A stretch of DNA of 63,986 nt, counting the filler, from an uncultured bacterium (GTDB lineage: Bacteria > Auribacterota > CAZIXI01): NCBI GenBank assembly GCA_964543115.1. It is 4 parts of 4 records of this genome, joined end to end, with 100 filler letters (N's around TTAATTAATTAA, not from the genome) between each part and the next. Parts side by side here need not be neighbours in the genome. Positions count along the whole stretch, not along the records: positions 17,589 to 34,961 come from CAZIXI010000049.1; 3 more parts are not named here. The stretch is one strand, 5' to 3'. Positions within the stretch are counted from its first letter, which is position 1. Each line of letters begins with the position of its first letter. Below the pieces are notes generated by a model that saw only the letters and a program-made list of their open reading frames with translations, was not told the DNA's origin and made no database searches. Shown here in pieces: positions 19,321 to 30,200 of this stretch. Both the position numbers and the translations under genes were made by a program.

Positions 19321-20712
19321 ATGAAAATAGCCCTTTTACAACCTCATGTTCCGGATTTAAATACAACACCGCCTCTGGGGCCATTATATTTAGCAGCCGT
19401 TTTGGAGCAAGCTGGTTTCGAAGTGTTTCTTTTTGATGAAAGAATCGAAAAGGATGTGATAAGAAAGATCATTTCGTTTGCACCAGATCTGATCGGCATT
19501 ACCGCGGTTACCTCCGCATATTTACGCGGGTTGGCCGTTGCTAATGAAATAAAAACACGTTTTCCGGCAATAAAAGTTGTTTTTGGCGGTCCCCATCCGA
19601 CAGCCTTGCCGGAAGCTGTTCTCGCAGAAAGCATTGTTGATTATGTGATAATTGGCGAAGGAGAACACGCCCTGCTTTCGTTGTGTCAGGCGGTTCGTGA
19701 TCGCGATGAATCTGACCACAGGTTAAGAATGCTAAAAAATATTGTTTATCGGGGCAGTGCTGGTGAACTGCATCTTCCGGAAACAAAGTTCCTCTGCGAT
19801 GCTGAATTAGATCACCTTCCGTATGCCGCTTTTTATTTAATGAATTTAGAAAATTATTTTAAAGGCTCTCAACTTCATGGTATTTATCAAAAAGGACTAC
19901 GAGTACTTCCGATTATGACAGCCCGTGGTTGTCCCTCAAGATGTACTTTCTGCTGTCGCGTTATGGGTAACAAAATACGCAAACGCAGCATCGATAATGT
20001 TGCCGCTGAGATAGAGTATTTGCTCGGTAAATATCATATTGATGAACTTTATATAGAAGATGATAATTTTACAATTGATAAACAGCGGGCATTAAGTATT
20101 ATGGATATAATTAAGAAATCCAAATTGAAATATTTAAAGTTTGCCAACGGGGTAAATGTCAATCAGGTAGATGAGGAACTTTTGGCTAAAATGAAAGAAG
20201 CTAAAGTTTATTCTGTTTCTTTTGGGATTGAGTCAGGATGTTCGGCCACGCTGCAGAAGATGAATAAACATATAGATTTGGTAAGGGCGAGAGAGCTGAT
20301 CCTTTACGCAAAGTCACTGGGATTACTTGTGGGAGCTAATTGTATTATTGGCTATCCAGGCGAGACACAAAATGATATTCGGGTATCACGTGAGTATTTT
20401 TCACGCTTACCGCTGGATAGCATGGCTATTGTCAATCTGGTTCCGTTTCCGGGTACTAGAGTCCGCCAAATATGCGAGGAAAAAGGATATTTAACGCCAC
20501 AGGCAAAGAACTGGAATAATTATTTTTTTTCGATTAACAATCCCATACCATTGGTAAGTACGCCAACTCTCAGCAGCCAGGAATTAATTAAAGAAGTAAA
20601 GAATGCTTATCGTAAAATGTATTTTAATATCTTTTGGGTTCTCAAAGCGGTAAAGAATCTATCTTTAAATAAGATATGGATGGGTATAAAAATATATTTT
20701 GGTAGATGTTAA
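19321..20712 (+). CDS. B12-binding domain radical SAM protein
   Basis: N-terminal PPLGPLYLAAVL and GGPHPT B12-binding segment; RGCPSRCTFC CxxxCxxC; IEDDNF; GIESG. Confidence 0.92.
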   Translation: MKIALLQPHVPDLNTTPPLGPLYLAAVLEQAGFEVFLFDERIEKDVIRKIISFAPDLIGITAVTSAYLRGLAVANEIKTRFPAIKVVFGGPHPTALPEAVLAESIVDYVIIGEGEHALLSLCQAVRDRDESDHRLRMLKNIVYRGSAGELHLPETKFLCDAELDHLPYAAFYLMNLENYFKGSQLHGIYQKGLRVLPIMTARGCPSRCTFCCRVMGNKIRKRSIDNVAAEIEYLLGKYHIDELYIEDDNFTIDKQRALSIMDIIKKSKLKYLKFANGVNVNQVDEELLAKMKEAKVYSVSFGIESGCSATLQKMNKHIDLVRARELILYAKSLGLLVGANCIIGYPGETQNDIRVSREYFSRLPLDSMAIVNLVPFPGTRVRQICEEKGYLTPQAKNWNNYFFSINNPIPLVSTPTLSSQELIKEVKNAYRKMYFNIFWVLKAVKNLSLNKIWMGIKIYFGRC

Positions 20713-20755
20713 CTTTATCTGACTGGATGCCTCTCCTAAAGTACTGGAAAATAGC

Positions 20756-20784
20756 TTGCTAAGATGAAAGTGGGAGTGTAAAAT
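20756..20784 (+). promoter_or_regulatory. Sigma70-like promoter upstream of the subunit K gene
   Basis: TTGCTA-17 nt-TAAAAT; AGGAGG RBS just before the ATG at 20829. Confidence 0.6.
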
Positions 20785-20828
20785 GGGGCAATACTACGCT
20801 ATATTAAGTAACTCAAAAGGAGGTTATT

Positions 20829-21275
20829 ATGGTACAGGGATTAGGTGATTTGGGCTTTTCATTGTCTTTAGCGGCAGTGGGTTCGGCGTTTGGCACCGGA
20901 GTGGCCGGGATGGCGGCAATCGGGGCCTGGAAAAGGGCCTTTATGCAGAATAAAGCGGCACCGTTTCTGTTATTGGCCTTTGTGGGCGCGCCCCTATCAC
21001 AGACGATTTATGGTTTTATTCTCAAACTGAACATTAAAAACGCTAACCTGCCGCCAGAGACTTACACTTTGCAGATTTTACTTGGAGGGATTGCCGGTTT
21101 GGCTATTGGCGCCTCCGCCTATATGCAGGGCAAGGCCGCGGCCCGGGCCTCTGACGCGTTAGCGGAAACCGGTAAAGGTTTTGGAAACTATATTATGGTC
21201 CTGGGAATCATTGAAACAGTGGCTCTTTTTGTCATGGTCTTTGTCATGACTGCCCTGCCGAAACTGGCAAAATAA
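20829..21275 (+). CDS. atpK: V/A-type ATP synthase subunit K (c-ring proteolipid)
   Basis: 148 aa, four TM helices, GMAAIGAWK, PLSQTIYG, YMQG, GIIETVALF; strong RBS. Confidence 0.95.
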   Translation: MVQGLGDLGFSLSLAAVGSAFGTGVAGMAAIGAWKRAFMQNKAAPFLLLAFVGAPLSQTIYGFILKLNIKNANLPPETYTLQILLGGIAGLAIGASAYMQGKAAARASDALAETGKGFGNYIMVLGIIETVALFVMVFVMTALPKLAK

Positions 21276-21278
21276 CTC

Positions 21279-22475
21279 ATGGTAGTTTTATTTTTGTTTT
21301 TCACTATTAGTCTTGGTTGGATTTGTTTTGGCTATTATATCTATCTCTGGCGCGCTGGCCGCCGCCAGCGGAAAGAGTGCGGGGATATCTATTCAGGAGC
21401 GCCCTTTCTGTCAGTAATTGTTCCCTGTTATAATGAGGCCGGTGATATCGTTGCTAAGATAGAGAATCTGAGAAGGCAGGATTATCCCCGAGACAAGTTA
21501 GAAGTTATTTTTGTTGATGGCGGATCTGTTGACGGAACCGTTGATTTAATCAAGGCCAGAATCAGCGGTTCACCGTACATGCGGTTACTCCATTTTCCGC
21601 GGAAGGGTAAGATTAATCAATTAAATTTTGCTTTGGCCCACGCGGCGGGGGAGATTATCGTCAATACGGATGTTGATGGAATCATGGAACCGGATTGTTT
21701 GCCGGCGATAGTGCGGGAATTTAATCAGGACCCGGAGGTGGCTGTTGTTAGTGCTTTTTCCACCCCGCGTAATGTTTCAGCGGTAGATAGCTATTACTGG
21801 CGCTGGCAGAACAGGGGTCGCTTACTGGAGACCAGAGGGCACACTTCTTCTATCGCTATAGCAGTATGTTATGCGTTTAAAAGAGATTTATTACAGCATT
21901 TTCCAGAGGATGTAGTGGCTGACGATGTTTATCTGGCCTATCTTGCTAATACTTTAGGGTATCGAACGGTCTATTCCCCGGCTGCACTGGCTCATGAAAC
22001 CAGGGGGGGGCGGCGGACAGCGGAATTTCTTCCGCACAAGTTTAGGAAATCTAATGCCTTTTTAAGGGAAACATTGCGGTTTACCGCCCGTCTGCCGGAA
22101 ATGAGTGGTGTCTGGCGAATGATGTTTCTTACTAAGCTGGGGCAATTGCTTTTCCTTCCCTGGATAACACTTACCTGGTTGTTGAGCGGTTTGTATTTGC
22201 TCTCCTTAGGGAAAATTAACGTAGTCGTTGCTGGGACGGAATTGCTCTTAGTTTTATTATTGATTACTGGGAGGATTTTTCGCTCAGTCCTTGTTCCGGA
22301 CAATCATGTCCGTTATAGTTTGTTTATTATTATGAAGACGTTTTTATTATCTAAATTAGTTCTGTTTACTACCGGATTAAGCTATCCTTTCTACCATCAG
22401 GATAGTAGTTACAAGAAGCTAAAAACTGTTCCAGATAAGGTTGTCGACCGGAAGGAGGAAAAGGTCCTTGTCTGA
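21279..22475 (+). CDS. Membrane GT2 glycosyltransferase
   Basis: VIVPCYNE, VDGGSVDGT, NTDVD (DxD), ADDVY; N- and C-terminal TM helices. Confidence 0.9.
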   Translation: MVVLFLFFTISLGWICFGYYIYLWRAGRRQRKECGDIYSGAPFLSVIVPCYNEAGDIVAKIENLRRQDYPRDKLEVIFVDGGSVDGTVDLIKARISGSPYMRLLHFPRKGKINQLNFALAHAAGEIIVNTDVDGIMEPDCLPAIVREFNQDPEVAVVSAFSTPRNVSAVDSYYWRWQNRGRLLETRGHTSSIAIAVCYAFKRDLLQHFPEDVVADDVYLAYLANTLGYRTVYSPAALAHETRGGRRTAEFLPHKFRKSNAFLRETLRFTARLPEMSGVWRMMFLTKLGQLLFLPWITLTWLLSGLYLLSLGKINVVVAGTELLLVLLLITGRIFRSVLVPDNHVRYSLFIIMKTFLLSKLVLFTTGLSYPFYHQDSSYKKLKTVPDKVVDRKEEKVLV

Positions 22476-22492
22476 AGTTAAGGGCGTTAAGG

Positions 22493-23470
22493 ATGCTAAG
22501 AAAAAAAATAAATAATTTTATAATCAATTTTAAATATGCCTGCCGCCTCAGGAAGCCGCTGCTTATCCTGAGGCTGTTTTGTAATTATCTGCAGATTATA
22601 TTTCTGGGGAAGAAACCGCTGCGCTATCTGGATTTTGCCGTTCACTACCGCTGTAATCTTAATTGCCGGCATTGTTTTGCCAGTGGCCTTATTGATAATA
22701 AGCGGAGCTGTCTTTCTCCCCGGGAATATAGTCAGGTAGTGCGGGGCGCCATGCGTCTGGGTGCCGTTAATTTTTCTTTCCAGGGCGGGGAGCCGCTGCT
22801 TTTAGCCAACCTGACAGAATATATCAGGGCCGCTTATCCGCGGAAGAATCTAATTTCAGTTACCACTAATGCTACCTTATTAGATGAGCGGCAAATTAAG
22901 AAATTAAAACAAGCGGGTGTTGATATTTTGACTATTAGTTTAGACAGCGGGATAGCGCGGGATCATGATTCTTTTCGTGGTCAACCCGGGACTTTTGCCC
23001 GGGCCCGGCGGGCAATTTTTTTGGCCATCAGGCACGGTCTGAAGGTAACTATTGGAGCAACGGTCTCTCACGAGAATATCCGTTCGGCCGGATTGCAGGA
23101 ATTAATTGAGTTTGCCCAGCGTTTGCGGGTAGTTTTATTTCTGGCCCTGGCCGTTCCCGTGGGCCGCTGGCAGGGGCGAGGGGATATTCAACTGACGTCT
23201 GAAGACCATGTTTATCTACAAGAGATGTTAAGAAAGTATCCGTTGTTACGGACAGATTTTTCCGCTAACTATATTCACAGCGGCTGCGGGGCGGTAAAGG
23301 AAATACTCTATTTAACACCGTATGGGGACATTCTTCCCTGTCCGTTTATTAATCAGTCTTTGGGGAATGTCCGGAAAAATTCCCTGCCGGCAATCAGACA
23401 GCAGGGTTTGCAGGAAGAGTGTTATCAATATTATGCCGATTATTGTCTCGCGGCTGCAAGAAACAATTAA
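22493..23470 (+). CDS. Radical SAM protein with SPASM/twitch-like C-terminus
   Basis: CNLNCRHC, FQGGEPLL, ISLDSG, C-terminal GCGA...ILPCPF...YCLA. Confidence 0.92.
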   Translation: MLRKKINNFIINFKYACRLRKPLLILRLFCNYLQIIFLGKKPLRYLDFAVHYRCNLNCRHCFASGLIDNKRSCLSPREYSQVVRGAMRLGAVNFSFQGGEPLLLANLTEYIRAAYPRKNLISVTTNATLLDERQIKKLKQAGVDILTISLDSGIARDHDSFRGQPGTFARARRAIFLAIRHGLKVTIGATVSHENIRSAGLQELIEFAQRLRVVLFLALAVPVGRWQGRGDIQLTSEDHVYLQEMLRKYPLLRTDFSANYIHSGCGAVKEILYLTPYGDILPCPFINQSLGNVRKNSLPAIRQQGLQEECYQYYADYCLAAARNN

Positions 23471-23471
23471 A

Positions 23472-24461
23472 ATGAAAAAACGAGTGTTTCTAACTGGTGC
23501 TTCCGGCTTTATTGGGGCCAATCTGGCCCGGCGGCTGATTGCTGAGGGCTACCAGGTCAAGGCTCTGTTTCGCCCCGAGAGTAACCATCCTTTTTTGGCA
23601 GGCTTACCCCTGGAGATGGTAACAGCTGACTTAGTTGATGAAAAGTCTTTAGTGGCGGCAGTTGCCGGTTGTAATTATGTGTTTCATTGTGCCGGCAAAA
23701 TATCATTTCGCCGCAATGATTATGAAGAGTTGTATCGGAGCAATGTTTTAGGAACACAGTATATTTTAGCAGCCGCTTTGAAAGTAGGAGTAGAGAGGTT
23801 TATCTATGTAAGTGCCTGTGCTGTTTTTGGTTCAACCCCGTCAGCAGTAGAATTAATTGACGAGAGTTCTAACAGGAAAATTGCCAAAAGTGATGTTTAT
23901 GCCACGACCAAGAAACTGGCTGAAGAGGAAGTAAGGGGTTACGTTATGCGTGGTTTACCGGCGGTTATTGCTAATCCTTGTACTGTTTATGGTGCGGGGG
24001 ATAAGAAACTAAATTCTGGGACACTCATCCGGTCGGTCTGGCGAGAGCCGCTAGCGATTGTTCCGCCGGGAGGAACCAGTACGGTGGCCATCGCCGACTT
24101 GATTGAAGGTTTATTACTGCTACTTCATCAGGGTATAGCGGGAGAGAATTATATCTTGGCTAATGAAAATCTGAGTTACAGTGAACTTATTGGAATTATT
24201 ATGAGTGTTTGCGGAAGAAAAGCGCCAAAATTAAAAATACCGCGTTTCTGTCAGTATCCGGCGGTGGCTTTAGCCGCCGCCAGTGAGAGATTTGGTGTTG
24301 GCAATTATCTTTTGTCTAGCCAACTGGCCAGAGAGTTGTTTAGATATAAGTATTATAGTTCACTTAAGGCCAGGAAGGAACTAGGCTGGCAGCCACGAGA
24401 GACTATTGCTGTAGCGGTCAGCCGGGCAATTGACTTTTATAAGTATAATGGTTTGTTATGA
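23472..24461 (+). CDS. NAD-dependent epimerase/dehydratase (HpnA/dihydroflavonol reductase-like)
   Basis: ATG at 23472 preferred to the track start 23322. VFLTGASGFIG, YATTK (YxxxK), ANPCTVYG. Confidence 0.9.
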   Translation: MKKRVFLTGASGFIGANLARRLIAEGYQVKALFRPESNHPFLAGLPLEMVTADLVDEKSLVAAVAGCNYVFHCAGKISFRRNDYEELYRSNVLGTQYILAAALKVGVERFIYVSACAVFGSTPSAVELIDESSNRKIAKSDVYATTKKLAEEEVRGYVMRGLPAVIANPCTVYGAGDKKLNSGTLIRSVWREPLAIVPPGGTSTVAIADLIEGLLLLLHQGIAGENYILANENLSYSELIGIIMSVCGRKAPKLKIPRFCQYPAVALAAASERFGVGNYLLSSQLARELFRYKYYSSLKARKELGWQPRETIAVAVSRAIDFYKYNGLL

Positions 24462-25207
24462 TGAAAGATCTGGTAAGAGCTGCTAACAAACAGTTTTATA
24501 ATTGTGTCGGTTCTCATTATGAGATGATAGATGGCCGGCGGAGAGCCAGCTTGGAAGATTGGCTCAAACAGCAATTGCGGGAATTGAGCCGCATAACCAG
24601 GGGCGGGGTGCTGCTGGATTTGGGTTGTGGTTCTGGTCTGGTTACAAGGTGTGCCCAACAATATTTTCGCAAATGTTATGGTGTGGATTTAGCGGAGCGG
24701 CAGCTCTCTGCCGGTAATGCTATTTGTGCCGATGCCGCTCAGCTGCCGTTAACGGATGGGGTAGTGGATGTGGTTGTTTGTTTTTCCACCCTGCATCATA
24801 TTTATGATTATTATTCTCTTATTGGGGAAATCCATCGAGTCCTAAAGCCGGGAGGAATCTTTTACAGTGATCATGATTTGGCACTCAGTTTTGCTCGCAG
24901 ATTTAAGATTCCCTTGCGGCTTTACCGCTATTTCTTTCGGCCGGCACAGCGTTATCTTGATCAGGTGCCCGGTGTGAATGAGGATTTATATCACTTAAGT
25001 GAAGTTCATTCCCAGGGTATTGATGAAGATACTCTCCGGCGAGAACTTAGCGGGGCGGGTTTTGAAAAAATAAAGACATTTTATCATTGGTATGGGCTAC
25101 ATTTGTTTAGTGATAAGTTTTTTGGGACAGGTTGTTGGCGCCGGGGATGGGCGCCATTAGTGAGAGTTAGGGCGCAAAAGGAACTATGGGACAGAAATCT
25201 TCACTGA
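24458..25207 (+). CDS. Class I SAM-dependent methyltransferase
   Basis: LLDLGCGSG, DAAQLP, HRVLKPGG; ATGA overlap with the upstream gene. Confidence 0.92.
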   Translation: MMKDLVRAANKQFYNCVGSHYEMIDGRRRASLEDWLKQQLRELSRITRGGVLLDLGCGSGLVTRCAQQYFRKCYGVDLAERQLSAGNAICADAAQLPLTDGVVDVVVCFSTLHHIYDYYSLIGEIHRVLKPGGIFYSDHDLALSFARRFKIPLRLYRYFFRPAQRYLDQVPGVNEDLYHLSEVHSQGIDEDTLRRELSGAGFEKIKTFYHWYGLHLFSDKFFGTGCWRRGWAPLVRVRAQKELWDRNLH

Positions 25208-25875
25208 CAAAATGGTTTCGCAATGAAGAAACACCGGCCTGGGTAGATAACTGGCTGTGTTTTGACCGGGGCCGCCGCAATAAAAAGCCCTCGACCATTA
25301 AGAAATTAAAGAAATTGGGATTTTTTAATCTCCCGCAGGGAACTGATCTTGTGGGCTTAGAGTTGGGTTGCGCGACCGGCAATCTTTTGCAGGTTACTTC
25401 TGGTCTTGGCTATAGGCGTGTTTACGGGATAGAATTAATCGAACAGTTTATTCACCAGGCCAATAATAAAGAAAAAATTGTCAATGCCAGTTGTACTTGT
25501 TTACCATTTAAGAGCGATAGGTTTGATTTAGTGATTACGCTGGATACGCTGCATCACCTCTATTCGGAGGAATGGGCTCAGTGTGTGCAGGAAGTACAAA
25601 GAGTCTGTAAAAATGGCGGTTATTGGTTGGTGAGAGAGCCACGGGATTGTCTTGGCGAAAAGTTATATACATATTTTACTCAGCGGTTTTTTCCCGCGCG
25701 CTGGATAAGCTTTTTCAAATATATGCGAATACTGAAGGCGCAAGAATGGCACGTATACCAGACCTGGCTGAAGAGTGCTGATGATTTTTTTGCTTTACTC
25801 AATCAAGAAGGATTTCATTTAGTTAAAAATAAAGATTTGATTAATTTTTATCTTATCTGTAAGGTCAGAAAATGA
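25186..25875 (+). CDS. Class I SAM-dependent methyltransferase
   Basis: LELGCATG, LPFKSDRFDLV, RVCKNGG. Confidence 0.88.
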   Translation: MGQKSSLTKWFRNEETPAWVDNWLCFDRGRRNKKPSTIKKLKKLGFFNLPQGTDLVGLELGCATGNLLQVTSGLGYRRVYGIELIEQFIHQANNKEKIVNASCTCLPFKSDRFDLVITLDTLHHLYSEEWAQCVQEVQRVCKNGGYWLVREPRDCLGEKLYTYFTQRFFPARWISFFKYMRILKAQEWHVYQTWLKSADDFFALLNQEGFHLVKNKDLINFYLICKVRK

Positions 25876-27188
25876 AGTTTCTGTTGGTTACTACCTTAAA
25901 TAAATTAGTAAATAAAGTCTGGTGTTGTGAAGAAACATCAGCGGTAGGTTCCTTGCTGCCGCCGGTTGATCTGGCCAGTATTGCCGCTGTCCTTAAATCG
26001 TTAGGGCAAGAGGTTATTATTGTTGATCCGCGTCTTGCTCCATACGGTCAAGCGCTGTTAAATGAGAAAATAAATAATTTTCAGCCTGATTTTATTGTCA
26101 TTAATATTGCCACACCATTTGCCAGGCAGGATTATGCCTTGTTGCGGGAGATTAAAGGTCCGCTTAAATTGGCCTTTGGCCCGCATGCTTCCGCCTTGCC
26201 TGAAGATTGCCGGCAAAACGGTATAGATTATGTCCTGGTGGGAGATCCTGAACAGGGAATTATTGATTTTGTCAGTGGTGGTTTCAAATTGCCTGAAGAG
26301 AGCATATTTAGACAATGCCGCGATCTGGACAGTTTGCCCTTCCCGGCGTTGGAACTCTTAGAATTAAGAAAATACAAAACACCATATATTCAAAAACTGC
26401 CGTTTACCTGTTTACTTTCCAGCCGGGGTTGCCCTTTTCGCTGTAGTTTTTGTGTCTATCCGGTCCTCTTTGGCCAGAATGTTCGGCGGCAATCTGTGGC
26501 GCGGATGATCGCGGAAATTGAGTATAATCAGAAGCACTTTGGTATCAAGGAGTTTATGTATCTGGATGCGATGTTTAATTTAAGCGAAGAAAGGGTATTG
26601 GAGTTTTGTCAGGCGATAAGCAGGAAAAAACTCAGGCTGAAGTGGTCCTGTGATTTTCGCGTTGAACCTGTAACAGTTGAAATGTTAAAAGTGATGAAAC
26701 GAACAGGGTGTTATCGTATTTTCTATGGAGTTGAGGATCCGGCACTCTACAGCGATATTGGAAAAAAGACTACCTGGGAGAAAACCCAGAGGGCATTTAA
26801 GCTGACCAGGGAGGCGGGGATAGAAGCGGTAGCCTTTGTTATGCTTTTTCCTGATCGAAAGCTTCCGCTAAATGATTACCGGAAATATATGTTGGATTTA
26901 TTAAATGAACTACGGGCCGATGGTCTGCAATGCAGTATGTTTATCCCTCTTCCGGGCACAGACGCGTTCAGAGAAATGAAACAAGGGGAAAGATTGAGTT
27001 ATGATTGGGATTGTTATGATCCTGCTGGAGCTCGTTTACCCTACAATACCAGTGTGGATTTGGCGGCGGTAAAAAAAGGAGTTTATTTACGCTATTTACA
27101 AGCGCATCCGTTTAAAACCCTAAAACAACTAAGCAGGCTGCGGCCCGGGCAGCTCTATTCTGTCTGGCAGTTTATAAAGCTCCTATAA
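25872..27188 (+). CDS. B12-binding domain radical SAM protein
   Basis: PPVDLASIAAVL, FGPHAS, SRGCPFRCSFC, YGVED; ATGA overlap. Confidence 0.9.
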   Translation: MKFLLVTTLNKLVNKVWCCEETSAVGSLLPPVDLASIAAVLKSLGQEVIIVDPRLAPYGQALLNEKINNFQPDFIVINIATPFARQDYALLREIKGPLKLAFGPHASALPEDCRQNGIDYVLVGDPEQGIIDFVSGGFKLPEESIFRQCRDLDSLPFPALELLELRKYKTPYIQKLPFTCLLSSRGCPFRCSFCVYPVLFGQNVRRQSVARMIAEIEYNQKHFGIKEFMYLDAMFNLSEERVLEFCQAISRKKLRLKWSCDFRVEPVTVEMLKVMKRTGCYRIFYGVEDPALYSDIGKKTTWEKTQRAFKLTREAGIEAVAFVMLFPDRKLPLNDYRKYMLDLLNELRADGLQCSMFIPLPGTDAFREMKQGERLSYDWDCYDPAGARLPYNTSVDLAAVKKGVYLRYLQAHPFKTLKQLSRLRPGQLYSVWQFIKLL

Positions 27189-27190
27189 TA

Positions 27191-27262
27191 GCAGTTTATA
27201 TCCATTCCAATAATAGCAGCCCCGCGAAGCGGGGCAGTCCCAAGCAAAGCTTGGGGCAGTCT
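27191..27262 (+). repeat. Modular REP-like palindromic element
   Basis: GCAGT-TTATATCCATTCCA, then hairpins CCCCGCGAAGCGGGG and CCCAAGCAAAGCTTGGG separated by GCAG/GCAGT; related copies at 30664-30720 and 31338-31414. Confidence 0.8.
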
Positions 27263-27263
27263 C

Positions 27264-30200
27264 TTAGGCGGCGGTGAGCAGCACCTTCATCCGTTCAATC
27301 GATCGGTAATAACGCATCGGATCAAATTCCATCGGGATAAAGCCTATACCTTTCTGTTTAATTTCTGCCAGCAGCTGGTCTTTTTCTTCCTCAGCCAGTT
27401 GGTTTTTTGCTACCAGATCAGCGAGTAATCCTTCGGCAATCTGGAGAATAAGATCCATAAATGCGTCCTTGGTCTTATCAATTCCATCCACCGCTGTACG
27501 GAATTCCTGCCAGATAGTGGCAATGCGGTTATAATCCGAGAGCAGGGGAGCGATGATCTTTAAATCTCCGGGTTCTGTAATTGCCGCTGCCGCCTCTTCA
27601 CCTAAGATGGAAACAGCAGTTGTTGTGTTCTTGGTTATCCCGAGTAGTGCGGCCAGGTATTCAGTAAAGTTAATGCCGTAATGTACGTTCAGATTAGACA
27701 GATCTTCCGGCAGTAAACCAAGCAATTGCTGGATTGCCGGATCATTTTGCTCCGCGACGGTGATGGCCAGCAGGTTTATCTTGGCGGGCAGCTGTCTGGC
27801 AAAACTGACAAACCGGCTAAAATATTCGGTGTCTATTGTCACTGCCGTACTCAGGGTATCGTTCTGAATAATAAATCTGGCTAAATCGATAACAATTGTT
27901 CCCTGCGTTGGTGCCGCGGCCAGCGCTGTCTGAAATTCCGTGTAACCGGTTTCTTTTGCCAGAATGCTTTCTTCAATATCCGCGGTTACTCCTTCAGTAT
28001 AGATAGTTTTGCCCTTCAATTCCGTCATAACATCGGCATTGTGTTGACGAATAATTTGGTCAAATTCTTCCTCATCAATAGAAACCTCAATTGTCTCCTG
28101 CAGAATTTGTGTGTAAGTACTATAGCTCAGTGGCATGCCCTGACTAAGGAGAGCGGCGATAAAGAGCCGATGAAAGTCTAAATCAAATGTCTCAATTTGA
28201 TGTTCTATCATGACCTCCAGAAGTACCGTAGCAATATCAGCAAAGTTAAGGCCGTTAATATTATCTTCGAATTCCGTAAGTACTGCCTGCCGATGGCTAT
28301 AGCCATTTACATACTCATGCTTTTCATGTGCGTCAACAGTATCATTGCGCCGTTGCAGGATCTTAGAAGCGATAGCTTTTAGATTCTGGTGAATTTTATC
28401 CAGAGGCAGGCAGTCATCCGGCCGGTGGATTTTACCGCCGATGGTTAGTGCGCTGTAACACCGGCCATTTATTTTAAAACCAAGGCCGTTTTCCAATAAG
28501 GAACTCTTACCATCTGAATCTTCCCAGCCGGTAACACCCCAGATGGGCATGCCAGCAAAATTTCCTGCGGCTTTCCCGCTTATTTGTACATTTGCACTTG
28601 TGATATGGTCATAATCCTCACGGCGCACATCCGGATCAGCGCCAAAATAAGGACGGGTTACTGCCGGAACACCGACTAGGCCTTTTATCTTTGCCGTGCC
28701 GCCATTTGTCAGCAGAACCTTAACGGTTTTAATATTTTTTAGATCGATTTTGGATTTCCAGAAGGTTTTGGCGGCCAGCAGGTCAATTGTCACACTGCGG
28801 AAAGAAGTGGCGCTGAGATTACTGACCAGTACATCCATAGAATGTGTACCATCAGAAACGCGGACAATCAAGGGACTATTGCTCTGAGCCTCAAAATCCA
28901 GTTTTCGTAAGGAGTTATTAGGATTGGTTTCCAGGTTACTGGAATCTACGGCCATGGCCTGTACTTCTGTTGCGGAAAGTTCCCGGTCATAAATTTGTAG
29001 ATTATCTTCGGCCATCTCGGCATAGGCCTCCCAGGGAGTAGTAGAAGGTTGGCCATTATAGCCGATCAGGAATTTTGCCTTACCGGGGGCAGTGGGTTTA
29101 AGCATTGGAAATTTTTGAGCTTTTGGACTGGCCTTCTTTCCATTTATGTAAAACATAGTATTACCGCTTTTATCCCGGGTAAAGGCCACATGCACCCAGG
29201 TGTTCAGGGAAACAGTCTGAGAACTGTGAATTGGTTTACCGCCATCCCAGAGTGTGAGACGGGCCTTGGAGCCAGAAGTCTTTTCTGTGTAAAAACAGAA
29301 ATCAAAATTTGTGGCTGTCGTGCCGTCATTGCTTTTCTGGGCAATAATGTTTCCCTGCTTAGAAAAATTCCGGGGATTAATCCAGGCGACAATAGAAACA
29401 GGCCCTGTTCTGATAGCTTCCAGGCTGGAGGACATTTTACTGGCGGGAATTTCCAAATATGTCTTTTTCGCTGTCTGAAAATTTGCGGCAGTGCCTTTCT
29501 TACCGGGTCCGGCTGTGGTTGTCACGCCGCCATGATTAGTCAAAGCAACGTTTTTCTTGGTGCTGTCCTGGACGAGGCTGGTTCCCTCCATGCGCCAGGC
29601 GCCCTGGAGATTTTTCGTGGTCAGATCCACATCCGGACTGGTTTGGATTTCTATTCCATTATTCGCACTGGCCGATATTGTTGTAGTATTGCCAGAGGTT
29701 GAGGTAGATGTTAACAAACCGACTTTTTTTGTATTGGTGCTCAGATAATCAGGGGTAACGGTTCCGGAATGTGCCTTAACAGCATAACCTATGTAAGCAT
29801 CTGGTTGCAGTTGGTCTGGTTGTAGTTGATCTGGCGTTAGCGGGCCATCAGGGAGATAAATATCTGGCTGTTGCATATCGGGCTGTTGTTTATCTGGCAG
29901 CAGTTGATCCTGCATACCTTCTTGGGTCAAAGGTCCATCCTGCAGATAGAAATCTGGCTGTTGTATATCAGGTTGTGGCAGATCAGATTGTTGTTTGTCA
30001 GGTTGAAGTTGATCGTGTTGTGGTTGATCGGGCGGCAGTTGATCGTGCTGGCTGTCACTTCCATTATCAGGGAAAGTTAACTGGCCGTCCGCATCAGTGC
30101 CCGTATCTGGATAAACACAATCTTCGCAAATTGGCAAGCCACTGGAATCAAAAACACAGCCGGCTAATGTAATCGCACCAAAAAAGAGTAGCATCTCCAC

